Assembly: GCA_037200685.1 (NCBI GenBank)
Contig: JBBCIG010000005.1
Location: 126,769-150,768, forward strand
Direction: 5' to 3'
Source of the DNA: Chitinophagaceae bacterium
GTDB lineage: Bacteria > Bacteroidota > Bacteroidia > Chitinophagales > Chitinophagaceae
Length of the DNA: 24,000 nucleotides
Below the pieces are notes generated by a model that was given only the letters and a program-made list of their open reading frames with translations, did no database searches and had not been told where the DNA came from. Of the stretch, positions 22,835-24,000 are shown piece by piece (position 1 is the stretch's first letter; the number at the start of each line of letters is the position of its first letter). The translations under genes and the position numbers were made by a program.

Positions 22835-23506
22835 GTGAAATACAAATTATTTTTATGCTGTTTTTTATTTATGCCGCCGGCAATATTTTCTGCCCGGGCA
22901 TGCCGTGTACAGCAAAGAGAAATTAAGGCAGCATTTGGCACAGCGCTGCACATTGCCTGTATGCCTGCGCTACATAATGCCGTAACCTGGCAGCTATACA
23001 GCGCTGTCGGAAAAAAAATGCTTCAAGGCAACGGTACGCAGATTGATTACACATTCAACATCCCGGGTAAATATTTTGCGGTTTTCAACCAGCCGCTTCC
23101 AGAAAAAATAAACCCCAATGAAGATGATGATAACCTGCAGGCCAGCGACACTTCCTTCATAGAAATATTTTCCACTCAAATGTTATTTGATTTCAGCCGG
23201 CTAAGTTTATCAGGCATAATAAAAAAAGGAAAACCGGCAAACAACATCATTATCAGGGTGCCGGTACAGGTACATATATACAATGCTGCCGCAATAGTCT
23301 ATGCCCCGGACACAGTACGCACAGCAGGCGTAGGAACAAACATAACAGCAACCATTGTTCAAAAAAATATAAAGCTGAAAAACGGCATCAACTGGTTAAC
23401 GTATAAGTTAAGCGGTACTGCCCGGGAAGAAGCATACATCATGTTTGATTTTAAAGATATAAATAAACAGGTTCAGTCATATTCATTATTAACAAAAGTG
23501 AAATAA
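22835..23506 (+). CDS. Small secreted protein of unknown function (possible Ig/PKD-like beta-sandwich)
   Basis: The track ORF starts at GTG 22811, inside the REP tail. The in-frame GTG at 22835 gives a signal-like N-terminus, (M)KYKLFLCCFLFMPPAIFSARAC. VTWQLYS...GNGTQIDYTFNIPGKYFAVF resembles the PKD/Ig pattern. It ends 29 nt before the second RCC1-like gene. Start and function are uncertain. Confidence 0.5.
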   Translation: MKYKLFLCCFLFMPPAIFSARACRVQQREIKAAFGTALHIACMPALHNAVTWQLYSAVGKKMLQGNGTQIDYTFNIPGKYFAVFNQPLPEKINPNEDDDNLQASDTSFIEIFSTQMLFDFSRLSLSGIIKKGKPANNIIIRVPVQVHIYNAAAIVYAPDTVRTAGVGTNITATIVQKNIKLKNGINWLTYKLSGTAREEAYIMFDFKDINKQVQSYSLLTKVK

Positions 23507-23535
23507 AAAACATCCAGCATATTAAAATCTTTTTT

Positions 23536-24000
23536 ATGAAAAAAAATTACATCTATTTCCTGCTGCTGATTACAGCGACTATTATTGGTATAACTAAAAG
23601 TAATGCACAAACCTGCACGCCCGACCCCAACGGCTGCACCGATTACAGCAATGCTTTTTTAAACAGCACTACTGCCGGCACGCTGGAATATGATAACCTG
23701 GTATCCACGTTTCATGCTACCGGCGCACGCCGCAGCGATGGCACATGGATGGTTTGGGGAGAAACTATAGCAAATGATGGCATAAGTAATGTCTTAGTTC
23801 CACAACCCATTAATGTTGCCAATTACCCGACGCTTACCGGCAACGTATTAAAATTTACAGCTAGCAGTATTGGACCGGGTAATGGACAGTATATACTATT
23901 AACTACTACAGGTTTGTTTGTATGGGGGCGTGCTAACGGCCTTTCAATACTAAGCAGTACATTCACCCCCTCCACCGCATTTCAAAAGCTAACAGTAAAC
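23536..24000 (+). CDS. Second RCC1-like secreted protein (paralog of 19268..21904), N-terminal 155 codons only; continues beyond the window
   Basis: Absent from the track because there is no stop in the window. Manual translation from ATG 23536 gives MKKNYIYFLLLITATIIGITKSNAQTCTPDPNGCTDYSNAFLNSTTAGTLEYDNLVSTFHATGARRSDGTWMVWGETIANDG...TTTGLFVWGRANG...AFQKLTVN. It is colinear with the N-terminus of the 878-aa protein, roughly two-thirds identical by eye, and includes a 53-nt identical DNA block. Confidence 0.85.
   Translation, partial: MKKNYIYFLLLITATIIGITKSNAQTCTPDPNGCTDYSNAFLNSTTAGTLEYDNLVSTFHATGARRSDGTWMVWGETIANDGISNVLVPQPINVANYPTLTGNVLKFTASSIGPGNGQYILLTTTGLFVWGRANGLSILSSTFTPSTAFQKLTVN

Noticed and set aside
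22741-22953. 70-aa minus-strand ORF
   Set aside because: It runs antisense through repeat copy C and the 5' end of the 22835..23506 gene. There is no supporting feature.
1-24000. Search for CRISPR arrays, tRNA/rRNA genes, transposases, integrases, reverse transcriptases or classic defence genes
   Set aside because: I saw no regularly spaced repeat array, no cloverleaf-like or rRNA-like segment, and no recombinase, RT or nuclease motifs in any long ORF. The only mobile-looking signal is the repeat-bracketed ORF6N cassette.

Overview
The window looks like a chromosomal segment of a Bacteroidota genome, probably Chitinophagaceae- or Sphingobacteriia-like. This rests on about 40% GC by eye, T9SS C-terminal sorting domains, an ORF6N gene, a CarboxypepD_reg-type TonB receptor and GTG/TTG starts without clear SD sites. 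All family calls come from motifs I recognise by eye; no database search was possible.

Layout:
(1) 1-6384: a minus-strand putative operon of outer-membrane receptor, Tat-signal UxuA-like mannonate dehydratase and PQQ-dependent lipoprotein dehydrogenase. The dehydrogenase runs off the left edge and is missing from the ORF track. A secreted GH43 hydrolase is transcribed divergently.
(2) 6385-13337: a stress-flavoured stretch with a general-stress-protein-26-like flavoprotein, small membrane proteins, a secreted jelly-roll-like protein and a PmoA-family (DUF6807) protein. It ends with a tight katE (large-subunit catalase), SemiSWEET and acidic disordered protein string.
(3) 13880-18589: a two-component locus with a stand-alone receiver whose phospho-acceptor Asp is Asn, a NarL/LuxR-type regulator, and a 1031-aa beta-propeller/Y_Y_Y sensor kinase.
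(4) 19268-24000: two tandem paralogous secreted RCC1-like propeller proteins. The first is complete, with a GEVED domain and a T9SS tail. The second runs off the right edge and is missing from the ORF track. Between them lie an ORF6N (KilA-N-like) gene bracketed by direct repeats and a small secreted Ig-like protein.

A family of REP-like hairpin elements with a conserved G-rich tail (GGTTGGGGTGAGGT) is scattered in intergenic DNA and creates several false N-terminal extensions and ORFs in the track.

The most unusual sequence-level signals are:
- three tandem 39-bp units inside the ORF6N gene, each carrying a 12-13-bp-arm palindrome whose outer bases covary;
- the repeat-bracketed ORF6N cassette;
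- the apparently periplasmic UxuA/PQQ-dehydrogenase pairing;
- the Asp-to-Asn pseudo-receiver;
- a recurring TTTCGATTGTT-like motif in the intergenic regions flanking the two-component genes.

I recognised no CRISPR array, tRNA, rRNA, transposase or integrase.
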